Below, one piece after another: positions 61,923 through 64,000 of a stretch of DNA of 64,000 bases (the stretch's first letter is position 1; each line of letters begins with the position of its first letter). The position numbers and the translations under genes are program-made. Source of the stretch: Betaproteobacteria bacterium (GTDB taxonomy: Bacteria > Pseudomonadota > Gammaproteobacteria > Burkholderiales > SG8-39); contig JADJPT010000007.1 in NCBI GenBank assembly GCA_016713125.1, positions 29,198 to 93,197 on the forward strand. Direction: 5' to 3'. A model generated the notes under the pieces. That model did no database searches, was not told where the DNA came from, and saw only the letters and a list, made by a program, of their open reading frames with translations.

Positions 61923-63014
61923 GTCCGCAGTTCCCTGTTCCAGGTGGTGCGCACCTCGGCCAGCGTGGCGGCCGGCGAGCGCAGCAGCGCGATCGCCGCG
62001 CGACGCCGTGTTGCGCGCCGCCTCGGTGGTGAGGTATTCGACCGGCGACTTGCCGTCGACGCGCGCCAGCAGCAGGCCGGGCAGCAGGGCGGCGGCGCGC
62101 GACTCCAGCGCCGCGCGCGGCTCCCAGTCCACGCCGGCCAGGTAGCGTTGCGTCAGCGCCTCGTAGGCGGCCAGGAAGCCCGGCGTCGCGGCCGGCGTCC
62201 ACAGGCACTTGAGCAACAGGTGGTTCAGGCAGAAGGCGAGATCGAAAGCCGGATCGCCGTACCAGGCACATTCGGCGTCGAGGAACACCGGCGCGTCGCC
62301 TTCGGGTGAGCGGCGGATCAGGATGTTTTTCGGGCTTACGTCGCCGTGCACCAGGGTGCGGCGGTTCGCGGCGGTGGTGTCGGTCAGCGCCTGCAGGCGG
62401 GCGGCCAGTTCCGGATGCGCGCGGCCGGTGGCCAGCAGATAGGGCTCCAGGCGGATGGCGTGGAAGCCGGCGTCGGTGGCGAAGCGCGCGGCGATCGCCG
62501 CGTCGCCCGCGGTGCGCGCGTGGATCCTCGCCAGCGCCTCGCCCACCGCGGCGGCGAAGGCCGCGTCGGCGCGCCCGGCGGCGAGTTCGGCTTTCCACAG
62601 CGGGTAGGCCGAGGGGTCCAGGTACTCCATGGCGAAGACGCCGGCCTCGTCCGCGGCCAGCACGCGCGGCACGCCACCGGGCAGCAGCACGGCCACGGTC
62701 TCCAGCCAGTCGCGCTCGTAGCGGTTGCGCTCCACCGGCGCTTCCCACAGCTGGGCCACGCGCAGGCGCGGCAGCGCGCGCTTCACGCACAGGCTGCCGG
62801 AGGCGAGGTCGACCTTCCAGATGTCCGAGGACACGCCGCCGGCCAGCGGCGCGGCGTGCGGCTGCTCCTGCGCGCCGACCAGACCGGCCGCGCGCAGGAA
62901 GGCGAGGATGGGGGCGAAGTCAGGCGCGGCAGGCGCGGCAGGCGCGGCGGCAGGCGCCGCGGGCGCAACAGGTGCGGCAGGCGCAGGCTGCGCCGGCCCC
63001 GGGGCGATGCTCAC
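61919..63014 (-). pseudogene. APH-fold small-molecule kinase (MtnK/choline-kinase-like) with an Ala/Pro-rich N-terminus, one frameshift as sequenced
   Basis: GTG at 63014 overlaps the pdxH stop (GTGA). GGVSSDIWKV, HGDVSPKNIL, DAECAWYGDPAFDLAF. The break at ~62005 restores ...AAIALLRSPAATLAEVRTTWNRELRT-TGA. Confidence 0.65.
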
Positions 63015-63659
63015 GGCGACAGGCGTTCGATCGTCCAGCCCTGCGTACCGCGCACGTAGCGCAGGCGGTCGTGCAGGCGGTTGGGCCGGCCCTGCCAGAA
63101 CTCCAGCGCCGTGGGGTGCAGACGGTAGCCGCCCCAGTGCGCAGGGCGCGGCGGGTTGTCGCCGTGGCGCTGTTTCGCCGACTCGAGCGCATCCTCGAGC
63201 ACCTTGCGTCCGGCCACCGGGCGGCTCTGCGCCGATGCCCAGGCCGAATGCCGGCTGCCCAGCGGGCGCACGGCGAAGTACCTCGTCGGACTCGCTGGCC
63301 GCGACTTTCTCCACGCGGCCCTCGACGCGCACCTGGCGCTCGAGTTCTACCCAGAAGAACACCAGGCAGGCCTGCGGATTGGCCGCCAGCTGCACACCCT
63401 TGGCGCTCTGGTAGTTGGTGTAGAACACGAAGCCCTCCGCGTCGAGCTCCTTGAGCAGGACGATGCGCGCGTCCGGCCGGCCGTCCGCGGTCACGGTCGC
63501 CAGGGTCATGGCGTTCGACATCGGCAACTGGTGCGCGAGCGAATCGGCCATCCAGCGCTCGAACAGCAGCAGCGGGTCTGCGGGGGCGTCGGCTTCGGCG
63601 AGTCCGGCGCGCATGTATTCCTGGCGCACCGCGGCCAGGTCGAGTTTGGCTGTGCTCAT
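63011..63659 (-). pseudogene. pdxH: pyridoxamine 5'-phosphate oxidase, one frameshift as sequenced
   Basis: MSTAKLDLAAVRQEY...MTLATVTADGRPDARIVLLKELDAEGFVFYTNYQSAKG... then (break ~63281) [19 protein letters not shown]...[27 protein letters not shown]... Confidence 0.8.
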
Positions 63660-63722
63660 AGGGGGATTCTATACCCGTGGATGTTCTACACTCGCGCCGT
63701 GCAGGAGACCAACGGACCGGAC

Positions 63723-64000
63723 ATGGGCGCAAGCGAGGGTGTGATCGACTACGGCAACGGCATCAGCGCGGTGGACGCGCGCTTCGAGCGTCCCCTGCAC
63801 AACGCGGTGCACCTCGTCGTGGAAGGCGGGCGTGCCGCGGTGATCGACACCGGCACCAGCCATTCTGTGCCCTTCGTGCTCGCCGCCTTGCGCGAGCGCG
63901 GCGTGGCACCCGAGCAGGTAGCTTACGTAATCCTTACGCACGTGCACCTGGACCATGCCGGCGGTGCGGGACAACTGATGGCGTATTGCCCGAACGCGCT
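63723..64000 (+). CDS. MBL-fold metallo-hydrolase, 5' part only (runs off the window)
   Basis: ATG at 63723, open to the window end. ...AVIDTGTSHS...ILTHVHLDHAGGAG contains the HxHxDH motif. Absent from the ORF track because no stop lies inside the window. Confidence 0.65.
   Translation, partial: MGASEGVIDYGNGISAVDARFERPLHNAVHLVVEGGRAAVIDTGTSHSVPFVLAALRERGVAPEQVAYVILTHVHLDHAGGAGQLMAYCPNA

Noticed and set aside
1-64000. Looked for mobile elements, prophage, defence systems, tRNA/rRNA and riboswitch-like leaders.
   Set aside because: No transposase, integrase or recombinase-like ORFs, no long inverted terminal repeats, no tRNA-like cloverleaf sequences (no GGTTCGAATCC-type T-arms) and no nuclease/ATPase defence gene pairs were seen. 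GC content and codon usage are uniform apart from short AT-rich promoter islands.

Overview
High-GC (~70%) chromosomal segment. Gene content and GC3-rich codon usage fit a Burkholderiales-type betaproteobacterium: four Bug/TTT periplasmic binding proteins, plus box and pca genes. I count about 62 protein-coding genes. I saw no rRNA, tRNA, CRISPR array, transposase or integrase. The window is a mosaic of aromatic and organic-acid catabolic modules and regulators. In order: acyl-CoA ligase tail-GlcG-cupin; an Fcs-type CoA ligase; a GST-adenylating enzyme-crotonase operon; GntR + sulfatase; an ScfR-type regulator; nhaA; LysR + a 57-aa ORF. Next come boxR-boxC-boxB (boxC and boxB read as one continuous ORF), divergent from flavodoxin-bclA-sirtuin. 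Then a TPR/2OG-oxygenase; a YcgR-like PilZ protein; a small protein-fatty-acid-hydroxylase-CarF/TMEM189-like operon; and a hydroxycinnamoyl-CoA hydratase-lyase/thiolase/ligase module. These are followed by a UbiD decarboxylase + FCY1-like deaminase and MarR-cupin-HpaB. A Rieske oxygenase-GS-like-CHASE/HD-GYP sensor-ferredoxin-DAO-type oxidoreductase string lies divergent from pcaHGB. The right end holds a Liv-type ABC transporter; an orphan ABC ATPase + PAS histidine kinase; a RuBisCO-like protein + cupin; and, convergent to these, enoyl-CoA hydratase-enolase paralogue-APH/MtnK-like kinase-pdxH. About a quarter of the genes are interrupted by single-base indels at short homopolymers, and two carry in-frame stops. 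This looks like a sequencing or assembly artefact, so every 'pseudogene' and 'fusion' call here is provisional. The best candidates for undescribed biology are: (i) the Rieske/GS-like/ferredoxin/DAO string next to pcaHGB; (ii) the RLP-cupin pair with the adjacent kinase-enolase-paralogue operon; (iii) the CarF-like + fatty-acid-hydroxylase operon; (iv) the in-frame BoxC-BoxB ORF in a boxA-less cluster. All functional calls rest on motif and family recognition by eye. No database search was run.
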